64,000 bases of DNA from NCBI GenBank assembly GCA_963815195.1, contig CAWFGE010000021.1:96001-160000 (forward strand), written 5' to 3'. Positions within the stretch are counted from its first letter, which is position 1, and each line of letters starts with the position of its first letter. The position numbers and the translations under genes were made by a program. Positions 11,660-21,189 of the stretch are shown piece by piece. The notes below the pieces were generated by a model, which saw only the letters and a program-made list of their open reading frames with translations, did not search any database and was not told the origin of the DNA. The stretch comes from an uncultured Planctomycetaceae bacterium. GTDB taxonomy: Bacteria; Planctomycetota; Planctomycetia; Planctomycetales; Planctomycetaceae.

Positions 11660-14193
11660 CCGGCAAAACGAGGAACTGTGGTTGGCATCGCTGTTGGCGG
11701 GATTTCATGAGGCGCTTCTGAAAGAGGGTGCCGTCTCGGATCCGGCCGAGCTGGAGCGGCTCGATGCGTTTGGCTCCCAGTGGGAAGCAGCCCGTCATTG
11801 CCTGGAGCGGCTCGAATCGCTCCGCCAAGAAGTTGTGGTCGACCCATCGGACGCAGAGGAATCGACAATCGATTACCGCCGCCAACCCCGTCCGGAACAT
11901 GCCGAGGGTTCGATGGCAATCGACGCGGCGTTCGGAAAGATCGGGCGGTTCCGCTTGCTGCGGACCCTGGGCGCGGGCAGTCACGGCATCGTGTATCTGG
12001 TCAAGGACCCCGTGCTCGCGCGCGACGTGGCGCTGAAGGTTCCCCGTCCGGAAACATTGGCGTCGGCTGAACTCCGGAGCCGGTTTCTGCGCGAGGCCCA
12101 AACGGTGGCGGAGCTGGCTCACCCCAACCTGGTGCCCGTATATGAGGTGGGCGAGTTGGGGCCGGCCTGTTACATCGCCTCGCAATATTGCAGCGGTCCC
12201 ACATTGGCGACCTGGCGGAAGGATCAGGAGAGCCCCGTCGCAATCCGCCTGGCCGTCACGCTGGTGAAAACGCTGGCGGAAACGGTCGATTACGTCCATC
12301 GCCGGGGAATCCTGCATCGCGACATCAAACCCGCGAACGTGCTTTTGGCGCCGTTGCCGAACTCGGAATCGAGCGAGCCGTTTCCCTTCGAACCGAAACT
12401 CACCGATTTCGGCCTGGCCAAGTTGATGGACGGTTCTCCCGCGGCCACGCGAACCGGCGCCGTTCTGGGCACTCCGGCCTACATGGCCCCCGAACAAGCC
12501 CAAGGGCGAGGCGATCGCATTGGGCCGGCGACGGACGTTTACGCGCTGGGGGCGATTCTCTACGAACTGTTGACCGGGCGGCTGCCATTCGGCGGAGACA
12601 CCGACCTCGAAACTCTCCGGCAAGTGACGGAGTCGCGATTGGTTTCTCCGCGTTGGCTCCGCCGCGATGTGCCGCGCGACTTGGAGGCTGTCTGTCTGAA
12701 AGCGATGGATTTCGAACCCGACCGCCGCTACCAATCCGCCGGAGCCTTGGCCGAGGATTTGCGGCGGTTTCTGGCCGATGAGCCGGTTGCGGCTCGGCGG
12801 TCCGGCCCGTTGCGGCGGCTCACGAAATGTTTGCGGCGAAAGCCGGTGGTGTCCGCGCTGGCCATTTCACTCGCGCTGGCGCTCGTGATCGGGATTTCGG
12901 TCGTCACCTGGCTGTGGCAGCGCCTCCGAATCCAACTACAACCTGGCAGAGGAGAGTTTTCGCGATTCGCACCTGGCCATTCAAGAGATCCATTCGGTCT
13001 TATATGAGGGGGGCAAATATGATGATCCCCAATTCCAACCGCTGCGCATGGAAGTTCTGGAGACTGGGCTGAAGTATTACCGCCGGCTGCTGCAACATCA
13101 CGGCGACGACGAGGCCGTGCAGGCCGACGCCGCCGACACCCTTTACCAAATGGGCTTCATCTTGCAAACGACGGGTTCCAAAACGAAAGCGCTGGAAACC
13201 TACCGCGAATCCCTCGCCATCTGGGCACGTTTGGTGAAGCGGAATCCCTCGGAACCAAAGCACCAATACTACCTGGCAAAGACGCTGAATCACATGGGGC
13301 TTCTGCAACTGGAAATGGGAAAATCCGAGGAGGCGATCACCTCCTGGCAGCAGTCTCGCGAAGTTTGGAACACTCTCTGCGCCGACAACCCCGACAACGC
13401 CGGCTATCAGCGCGAACTGGGTTACGCCTATCACGCGCTCGCCGGATACGATCGCTCCACGAAACACTGGGAGTCGATGCGGGCGAATTCCGAAGCGGCG
13501 GGAACGATGTTTGAGAAACTTTCCCAGCGGGATTCGAACAATGGCGAACTCGCGCGAATGCTCGCGGCAAGCTATGCCAACATCGCCTATTCCCATGCCC
13601 AACAAGGTGATCCCCAACAGGCGACGGAATATCTCGAATTATCCCGGGACCTTTGCGAGGATCTCGTCCGCCGGAAGCTCGACATGCCCGACTCCGCCAA
13701 AACTCTCGCCCAAACCCTGCTCGCTATGGGACGCGTCGCGGGGTCCATGAAGAATCAGGACGTGGCGCGGCAATCGTACCAACGCGCCAATGAAATTCTG
13801 AGTGAGCTTCACCGACAACATCCCGCCACGACGACTTATCAACGCGACCTCGCCACATCCCATTGGCAAATGGCGCATCTCTTGCGAAACGAAACGAATG
13901 ATCTGGAACGGCGACGGCATCTTCATCAGTCACTGTTGCTGCGGCGGGAACTGGTTAAAAAAAATCCCGAGGACCTCGGCCGCCGGATTGAATTGGGACG
14001 TTCCCTGATCGACATGGCGGCAATCTTTCGAAAAGACGGCGACTCGAACAACAGCCTGAGCCTGATTCACGAAGCCGAGGAGGTGCTTGCGAAATGCCCG
14101 CCGGACCGAAGGCTTTGGACGAATGAGATCGAACGTTTTAAGCGCGGGCTGGAGGAGGAATCCCCGACTGTGTCGGCGCGGGACGGTTCTTGA
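11649..14193 (+). CDS. Hanks-type Ser/Thr protein kinase with TM segment and C-terminal TPR domain (frameshift near 12925)
   Basis: LGAGSHGIVY, VALK, HRDIKPANVLL, DFGLAK, GTPAYMAPEQ and DVYALG motifs; TM segment VVSALAISLALALVIGISVVTWLW. The alternative frame ESNYNLAEESF...LRMEVLE joins it to TPR ORF 13048-14193. Confidence 0.9.
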
Positions 14194-14414
14194 AATCGCC
14201 AACTTGGCACCTTCGTCTATCTCGGAGCGTGCATGCTCACGGCATTGCATGAGCAGCCGTGTCTTCGACGGCGAGAAATCAGGTTTGGGGATTCTTTCAC
14301 CCCGCGAAGTTCGGGGATTCTTGATCGACATTTTCGGCAGGCCTCGCATTCGGTAGAAACGCGTGCCGGTGCGGTTGGATCAGGTGGTTTTGCACTTCCC
14401 GGCGACTCGGGGAA

Positions 14415-14732
14415 TTAAATCTCCATTTGATAAAACACGACCGTTATGAGTGCAGCAATTGCAAAATGCGCAAATGTCGGCAGAATGAGCTTCCTAAAAA
14501 CCTCGCCAGAGGGCATGTCTCTCTTTGCCAACAGGGCACTGGCGGTTTGATTCGTTTGAATCAGCACAAACAAGCAGAGACTCAACATCGAAGCAACGAG
14601 CATAAGAATGCCGAGCAGCGTGAAGGGCTTGCTCGTCAACCCCCAAAGCCATGAGGAAATCCAGGCCGCTTGGCTCAATATCCAGATACTACAATACAGG
14701 ATCTTGCCACGACGATTTAATTGGTCCGGCAT
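14415..14732 (-). CDS. Small hypothetical membrane protein (~3 TM)
   Basis: 105-aa ATG ORF with three hydrophobic stretches, in visibly more A+T-rich DNA. Confidence 0.5.
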   Translation of the reverse strand: MPDQLNRRGKILYCSIWILSQAAWISSWLWGLTSKPFTLLGILMLVASMLSLCLFVLIQTNQTASALLAKRDMPSGEVFRKLILPTFAHFAIAALITVVFYQMEI

Positions 14733-14866
14733 AAGAAATATTCTGCGGCCATTCGCGGCTCAAAAAGAGGCGGCCAAGAGGTCAATCTCAAATTCGGCGA
14801 TTTCCTTCACATCACCCGCCGACAATCTGACGCCAGCCCCGCCGATGGTGGTTACGGAGATGACGA

Positions 14867-15196
14867 GTGAATTCTAACGAAAAGCATAAGTCCGTGGAAC
14901 CCTTTGGGGAAACCAGGCCCAAGAAGAGTGGCTGGGCAGTTTGCCTGTTGCTAATTGCTTTGCCGGCAGTTTGGATGTGGTTTCAGTATTTGACCGCTTC
15001 ACTTTTCCCGCTGGATCACGCGTATTCGGCTGCCTGGGAGGCGGTTGGATGGCTTTTCTGTAGCATTGGTGTCATTGCTGTAACGTGGTGTTTCGTTGAA
15101 TCCAATTCCAAGGCTGTTCGGTACTGCGCACTTCTCTTTATATTCGTTCCATATGTAGTGGCTGTCTATCTCTACGTAAAACTGGCTTTTCTGTAG
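14867..15196 (+). CDS. Small hypothetical membrane protein (~3 TM)
   Basis: GGAGA RBS at 14856-14860, GTG start, three hydrophobic segments. Confidence 0.6.
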   Translation: MNSNEKHKSVEPFGETRPKKSGWAVCLLLIALPAVWMWFQYLTASLFPLDHAYSAAWEAVGWLFCSIGVIAVTWCFVESNSKAVRYCALLFIFVPYVVAVYLYVKLAFL

Positions 15197-15210
15197 GTTC
15201 CTTGCGGGAG

Positions 15211-15361
15211 CAGCCAGCTTATGCTGGCCGCTCGCCTGTGTTGCGGGTTCGAGTGTGTTGGGTCTTGATGAGACCAGCCAACTGGCGCTGGCCGCTCGCC
15301 TGTGCGGGTTGGGGCGTGTTGGTTCTTCCTGAGATCAGCCCGCTGGCGCTGGCCGCTCGCC
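15211..15361. repeat. Tandem REP-like repeat, ~2.4 units of 61-64 bp
   Basis: Core CAGCC..C....GCTGGCCGCTCGCC at 15211, 15275 and 15336. The linkers are also similar to each other. Confidence 0.75.
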
Positions 15362-15740
15362 TTGCATTTTTTTCAACGCGATAGATTTTCCCGAAATATT
15401 CTCAAGTTTCCATTTTGACTTCTCTCATTCCTGACCTACGTTTGAATTGAACGCGGAGAACGCTTATCGCCGGGACTGAAACCTGGAGCAGGGCTTCTTC
15501 GCGACTCCTCCCGCTGTGGTTTGCCGGCTTTTCCGCAGGGCGTCGGCAGACTGTTCTCCGGGAGTTCAAAATGCGGGCGGTGGGCAGCAACCTGCGGGTG
15601 CTGTCAACGACATTGAGTTCAACTTCGCTGTGAGGTTGAGTTTTTTGGGGAAAGACGCCTCTTGGGGTGACAACCAACAAACGGGCGGCGGGCTTTCTCA
15701 CATCGTTCCTGTGGAACACGTTTTAATGAGAGGACAACCA

Positions 15741-15914
15741 ATGAAAAACTTCGCACAGAGCATCAAGCGTTTCTTGGCTTCCGAAGACGGCCCGACCGCG
15801 GTCGAATACGCCGTGATGCTGGCCTTGATCGTCGTCGTGTGTCTGACCGCCATCCAAGCCGTCGGCACCAACGCGAACACCAAGTTTGAAGCCGTTCGCG
15901 ACGCCTTGACGTAA
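15741..15914 (+). CDS. flp: Flp family type IVb pilin
   Basis: MKNFAQSIKRFLASEDG-PTAVEYAVMLALIVVVCL contains the G/xxxxEY Flp motif. GAGAGGA RBS. Confidence 0.95.
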   Translation: MKNFAQSIKRFLASEDGPTAVEYAVMLALIVVVCLTAIQAVGTNANTKFEAVRDALT

Positions 15915-15973
15915 TCGGGGCGGCCGCCCGCGTCCGGTTGATGCCGTAACGCGGGATGTGCCGAACGAACAAC

Positions 15974-16030
15974 CGGGGCGGGCTGTCCAGACGCGGGATC
16001 ACCGAGTTTGGAACAGCCCGGCCCGTTTTT
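15974..16030 (+). terminator. Putative intrinsic terminator after flp
   Basis: CGGGCTGT (15979-15986) pairs with ACAGCCCG (16013-16020), with an inner CCAGAC/GTTTGG stem and a T-run following. Confidence 0.55.
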
Positions 16031-16065
16031 CATGTGCCAAGGTTTTTTTTCGGCTTTCGTTTCCA

Positions 16066-16129
16066 GGTGGCACAGACCTTCTTGTCTGTGAGAACGCGGC
16101 TCCGGACAGACAGGTACGTCCATGCCACC
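16066..16129. repeat. Degenerate inverted REP-like pair (GGTGGCACAGAC...GTCTGTG type)
   Basis: GGTGGCACAGACCTTCTTGTCTGTG followed by ACAGACAGGTACGTCCATGCCACC. Confidence 0.6.
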
Positions 16130-16416
16130 CATTTTCTGTTTGCAAGCTAGGGTGATTTCATGTTTCCATTCTGGATTGATTATTCGTCCCTGTCGTTCTG
16201 GGAGCTCGCGCCGTGGCTCGTGGGCATGGTGACGTGGTTTTCCTTCGTGCATGGTGGGCGATAAGGCCGGGTCCAGCGCACCGGCACGACCCGCTCGACC
16301 GGCAGTTTCGCGCGGGATCGTCCGGGGGCGCCGAGTTTGATTTGTAATTTTTTCGCGGCCGGCACCGCCGTAACCTAGATTCCAACGTGTGTTCCAGACA
16401 AGTCGATTAAAAATGC

Positions 16417-16467
16417 GTGCCACTGGATTTGCCAGCTGGCCGAGCGCACTGGCGGAGCCGGTGGCAC
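16417..16467. repeat. Inverted REP-like pair (GTGCCACTGG...CCAG type)
   Basis: GTGCCACTGGATTTGCCAG followed by CACTGGCGGAGCCGGTGGCAC. Confidence 0.6.
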
Positions 16468-16533
16468 ACAGTGGGCAAGGGAAAAAACAACGTCTCGGCG
16501 CGGTTCGCGATTTTTTAGAAAGGCTTCGGAAAA

Positions 16534-17085
16534 ATGGATTGGGAAACGCTTCTCCTCACAAACTGGCACGTCAAGTTCGTCTGCCTGGTTCTGATCGTCG
16601 CCGCGTACATCGACGGCAAGGAACTCCGCGTTCCGAATTGGATCACCTATCCGATGGTGTTCAGCGGATTGATTTACAACGTCTGGGCCGCTGATGGCGC
16701 CGGGTTGGGGATGGCCTTGGTGGGCATGTTCGTCGGCCTGTTGTGCCTGCTCCCCTTGTATGCGGTGGGCGGGATGGGCGCGGGCGATGTCAAACTGATG
16801 GCGGGCATCGGGGCCTGGCTGGGCTGGCAGATCACCTTGTATTCTTTCGCGACGACCACGATCGTGGGGGCGGTGATGGCCGTCGTCATGGTCTGGTATA
16901 CGAAAAACTTCACCAAGCACTATGGCAATTTTCTCACCATCGTGAGCGAATGGCTTACGATCCGCAATCCGCGGGAACTCTCAAGGATTGCCGCCGATCG
17001 CAAGCCCACCATGTTCCTTTTGCCCTATGGGATTCCGATCTGTGTCGGTTCCATTGGCTACTTTTTCTTCGCCGGTCTGATGTAA
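16534..17085 (+). CDS. cpaA: Flp prepilin peptidase (A24 family, CpaA/TadV)
   Basis: AAYIDGKELRVPNWIT, GGMGAGDVKL and LPYGIPI motifs; multi-TM; adjacent to flp. Confidence 0.92.
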   Translation: MDWETLLLTNWHVKFVCLVLIVAAYIDGKELRVPNWITYPMVFSGLIYNVWAADGAGLGMALVGMFVGLLCLLPLYAVGGMGAGDVKLMAGIGAWLGWQITLYSFATTTIVGAVMAVVMVWYTKNFTKHYGNFLTIVSEWLTIRNPRELSRIAADRKPTMFLLPYGIPICVGSIGYFFFAGLM

Positions 17086-17260
17086 GCCGGCGGATTGTCG
17101 AATGGAAGCCGGGCCGAACGTTTAATTTGCCGGACGAGAGGGTCAAAAGCCCTCGATCGTCCCTCTCCTTCCGGGGAGAGCCCACCCGAACACTTCACGA
17201 GCATGCCAGGACCGTTCGGTTGTCTTGCCTCTCGAATAGCGATTCCAGGAGATTCCTCCC

Positions 17261-18289
17261 ATGAAGATGAAGTCCATGGTTTTATTTACCGTGGCGATCG
17301 GCCTAGGGCTGTTTGCCATGTACAGCGTGCAGAAGGTCATGTCCCAAAACCGGGGCACGGAAACAGAGTACGGCCAGGTGCTGGTTGCGATTTCGGACAT
17401 CCCGCCGGGCGTTCCGCTCGACGATTCCAATGTGTCCTTCCGCAAATGGCCCAAGGACGCCATTCCCGAAGGCGCCGTCGTCAGCGAGGAGCAATACGTC
17501 GAACGGGCGCTCAAAGGCGCGGCCGTGTCGGGGGAAATGCTCATGGTGGCGAAGCTGGGCGAGAAAGGCGTGTTCGGAGCCTCCAGCGAAATTCCCGACG
17601 GGATGCGGGCGGTGACGGTTTCGGTCGATCCCACAAAAACGCACAGCGGCCAGATCCAGCCGGACGACCGCGTGGACGTGCTGGTGACCTACAAATCCCG
17701 CACGAAGAAGGGCATGATCACCCGCACGAAGGCCGTCTTGGAATTCATTCAAGTTTTCTCGGTCGACAACCGCCGCGCGGGGCTTCCCGGCGAAAATGAA
17801 GAAGTCAGCGCCAAGAACATCTCTCTTCTCGTCACGCCGGATCAGGCGAACCTGTTGATGCTTGCGGAAAGCAAAGGCACGCTGCATTTGGCGCTTCGGC
17901 ACAAAACGGACGACGATCCCGCGAAGCCGGCGATGGTGGACGATTCCTTCTTCGACGATGTCGAGACGCAACTCGGCGAGCGGACCGGCGAGTTCGACGA
18001 GGGCGCGAAGGAGCGGCGGGTCATGGCCGCACCGGATCCCAAAAACATCGCCGAAGCATTAAAGCGGGAACTTGCGGGGCAGGGAACTCCCCCAGCCGAG
18101 CCCTCGGGACCGGAAATTCCAGCGGAGCCTGCGCCGGAAATGTGGAAAATCCAAATCTACACAGGGAAAGAAGTAAGGATCGAGGAAGTCGAATTACCGC
18201 CCGAGAAACCCGAAACAAAGGAAGAGCCAACCAAAGTCTCCCACCTCTGGAAGACGATACAAGAAATGGTATCCGAACAAGTCCACTAA
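17261..18289 (+). CDS. cpaB: Flp pilus assembly protein CpaB/RcpC
   Basis: N-terminal TM, SAF-like VLVAISDIPPG, IPDGMRAVTV, IQPDDRVDVL, LLVTPDQA, LHLALR. AGGAGA RBS. Confidence 0.92.
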   Translation: MKMKSMVLFTVAIGLGLFAMYSVQKVMSQNRGTETEYGQVLVAISDIPPGVPLDDSNVSFRKWPKDAIPEGAVVSEEQYVERALKGAAVSGEMLMVAKLGEKGVFGASSEIPDGMRAVTVSVDPTKTHSGQIQPDDRVDVLVTYKSRTKKGMITRTKAVLEFIQVFSVDNRRAGLPGENEEVSAKNISLLVTPDQANLLMLAESKGTLHLALRHKTDDDPAKPAMVDDSFFDDVETQLGERTGEFDEGAKERRVMAAPDPKNIAEALKRELAGQGTPPAEPSGPEIPAEPAPEMWKIQIYTGKEVRIEEVELPPEKPETKEEPTKVSHLWKTIQEMVSEQVH

Positions 18290-18295
18290 TGCGAA

Positions 18296-18620
18296 CAGGC
18301 GTTACCATCGGACTCAACAGCTCGGTCAAGGGTTTTCCAGCCTCGCAAAGCTTTAGGCTTGAAGCTGGGAACCTTGGGCCGAGTGAGTCCGTTTGGCACC
18401 ACCTGCGGATTTGAGCGGAGCCGGGTGCGCGGGAAGCACAAGGGCTCATCGCTTCCCGCGATCCAAGAAGTGGTTCGGGCTTTGCTTTGGTTTCAGATTG
18501 GGAGACCAAAGCGTTAAGCCAAACTGGGGGGCCGGCCACATGGGTCCGGTCGCGTAAAGATTCACAGTGGTGTTTTGATTCGCGTCCTTTTGCGGGAATT
18601 GCCGCTGGCAGGCGCGAGTC
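18296..18620 (+). other. Highly structured cpaB-cpaC intercistronic region (candidate cis-regulatory RNA)
   Basis: Long hairpin 18309-18391 plus stems 18428-18460, 18484-18512 and 18577-18620. The mismatches are mostly G-U pairs on the plus strand. Confidence 0.5.
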
Positions 18621-18644
18621 CGTACCAGACCCTGAGGTGCATGG

Positions 18645-20430
18645 ATGCAATTAAAAACTTGGGACCGCTTGCAGGCGGTGAGGCGTCTGTTTTCGATTGG
18701 GGCGGTTTGCCTGGGCCTGGCGGGGCTCGGCAGTACGGCGTTTGCGCTCGACGAGCCTCAACCGTCCTTGAATGACCCCGTCGTCGTGGTGAACAGAGAA
18801 AAATCCACGATGCAAATCGTGGAGCGCTTCACGAAAATTGTCAAACTCCCCGGCCGGGTTGTCCGCGTGGATGGATTCGACCCCGCCGTGGTCAACGTGG
18901 CCGCGGCCTCTCCGACCGAGTTTCGGATCATGGCCGTCGCTCCGGGCGTGACCACCATCGTCTTCGCCGATGAGAACGGCGCGATCTACACGGTCGAAAC
19001 CTTCGTGGCGGGCGATGTCCGCCATCTGCAAGCCTACATCGACCGGCTGTTTCCGGGTTCCGCGGTCAAGGCCGTCGCCGTCAAAGACAGCGTCGTCCTG
19101 CGCGGCTGGGTGACCCGCCCGGAAAACATCACCGCCATCGTCGAAATCGCCGAGCAGTTTTATCCCCGCGTGCTCAACCAGATGCAGGTCGGCGGTGCGC
19201 AGCAGGTGATTTTGAAAGTCAAAGTGATGGAAGTCCAACGCTCCAAGATCCGGCAGTTGGGCCTCAACTTCTTGTTCCTCGACAATAACCAGTTTCTGTC
19301 CAACACCGTGGGCCAGTTGACGCAGTTGAGCAACTTGCCGGGCGGATTCGGTTCGAGCGGAGGCAACGTCTTCTCGCAACAGTCGTTGTCGGCCGCCCAA
19401 GTCGCGGCGGGGCTAGTGCATAACAGCTCCCTGTTCCAAGGCTTCATCGAAGCGCTTAAGCAGGAGAACTTGTTGAAGATTCTCGCCGAACCCACGTTGA
19501 ACACATCCAACGGCCGGCCCTCGAACCTTCTGGCGGGCGGCGAATTTCCGGTGGTCGTTCCGCAAGGCTTGGGCCGAAACTCGGTCAAGTACAAACAGTT
19601 CGGCGTGCAATTGGAAGCCGTGCCCACCATCCTCGGAAACGGCCGCGTGCGGCTGGAACTCGCTCCGGAAGTCAGCGAGCGGGACTTCACCAACTCGGTG
19701 ACGATCGGCGGGATCACCGCTCCCGGCTTGACGACCCGCCGGGTCAACACGCAGGTCGAAATGGAATTCGGTCAAACCTACATGCTGGCCGGGCTGTTGT
19801 CGCTCCGGCGGCTCGCCAACACGAACAAGGTTCCGCTGTTCGGCGAAATCCCCGGAATCGGGGCCCTGTTCCGCCGGGTCCGGTACGAAGAAGCGGAAAC
19901 GGAACTCGTGATTATGGTCACTCCGGAACTCGCCGGTCCCATGGAACGCTGCCAGGTTCCGCCCAATCCTCCCGGCACGTTCACTTCGGTGCCCACCGCG
20001 ACAGAGCTGTTTTGCGACGGGATGATCGAAGTGCCGAATTACGGCGGCCGCTGCAACGGCGTGTGCGAGATGGGCGGGCTTCCCAGCAGCCGCTTGCATT
20101 ATGCCACCGTGTGCGAGGGCGGATGCCCGCCCAACTCGCCGATGATGGACTTCCCGGCGGATTCGAACATGATGGGACCGGGCCAAATGCCGCTTCCCGA
20201 AACGGCCCCCATGCCAGGGGCGCCGATTCCCTCGGCTCCGCCCGCGGCTCCCGCCGAAGAACGACTCCCGCTCCTTCCGCAAGTCGCCGCTGCCTGCTCA
20301 GGATGCGGAAGGCTCCTCGGAGATCAAGCCCATCTCCTATAACGGTTGGTATCAGTACAAACCGAAATCCCGGGTCGAAGGGGCCCAGGCGACATCCCCC
20401 GCCGAGCGGCCGGGACTCATCGCGCCCTAA
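18645..20430 (+). CDS. cpaC: Tad secretin CpaC/RcpA with BON-like domain (probable frameshift near 20270-20290)
   Basis: QVILKVKVMEV, LKILAEPTL, LAGGEFPV, FGVQL, PEVSE, TQVEM, KVPLFGEIPGIGALF and ELVIMVTP secretin motifs. The annotated ORF stops at 20342, but another frame reads ...SPAERPGLIAP* to 20430, just before a terminator. Confidence 0.9.
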
Positions 20431-20467
20431 TCATCGGCCCGATCGACAGAACTTCTCTTAAACGACA

Positions 20468-20515
20468 ACCCGAAGCGCCGGCAAAAACGCCGCCGGCGCT
20501 TCGGGTCTTTTTTTT
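20468..20515 (+). terminator. Intrinsic terminator after cpaC
   Basis: Perfect 15-bp stem ACCCGAAGCGCCGGC/GCCGGCGCTTCGGGT followed by C and T8. Confidence 0.9.
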
Positions 20516-20673
20516 GGCTCTTCCGGCGAATCGGGGGGCGGACGCTGATGATCTTTTTGGGTGATGCTCAACCACGGATTTCACCTCCCTGCGGGGAGGT
20601 GAAAGATCGCGGACAAGAGATTCTTTAACACCGTCGCCGTTCCCCCTGATGATCCGGAAGACCCCTTTTTTTT

Positions 20674-20822
20674 GATCCGCCGGAGTGCGCTCGCGTCCGG
20701 TTATTTTGGGAACCGGGGCGAGCGCCCTGCGGCGAATGAATGGATCGAGAAATATCCACCGCAGTGCGCTCGCATTCGGTTATTCCAATAAACCGGGGCG
20801 AGCGCCCTGCGGCGGATAAATG
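20674..20822. repeat. Two tandem BIME-like units of inverted REP pairs
   Basis: AACCGGGGCGAGCGCCCTGCGGCG at about 20711 and 20791, each preceded by an inverted degenerate copy (...GTGCGCTCGC...CGGTT). The same family occurs at 26641-26704. Confidence 0.75.
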
Positions 20823-21189
20823 TGTTATGTATCCCTCAAATGACCTAACCGATAGAGCCCCGACAATCCGCCCCCGGGCAAGGGAAATCCCGGCGGCGAA
20901 AAACAAAATCCCCAGACGGCGGAACATCGGAAACTAAACTTCACGCAGAGATTAGGATTGATGGGGCGACCGGTGGGCCTCCCGGCGGCGTTCCTCATTT
21001 CTGACTTTGTGTTGAGGCCGGAGACATCCAGGCACCGGCTTTTCGCCGGGCCGGGGTTCCTTGTGTCAAGGAGTTTGCTTTGAGCCAAGGCACGCGTCCA
21101 CGTATTTCTGATCTGTCCTAGGCCTCGCCATACCGGCTTTCTCCTCAAAAGCCGCGGGCTTAGTCACACGGAAGCGGGCAAGTGATCCT

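Noticed and set aside
15211..15361. Three ~26-bp repeats at ~62-bp period, resembling a mini-CRISPR
   Set aside because: The repeats are degenerate, the 'spacers' resemble each other, and the core belongs to the dispersed GGCGAGCG family.
15516..15740. Longer 132-aa version of the pilin
   Set aside because: The Flp motif and RBS place the start at 15741.
15400..15740. c-di-GMP riboswitch upstream of the pilin
   Set aside because: The class I and class II consensus elements were not recognisable by eye.
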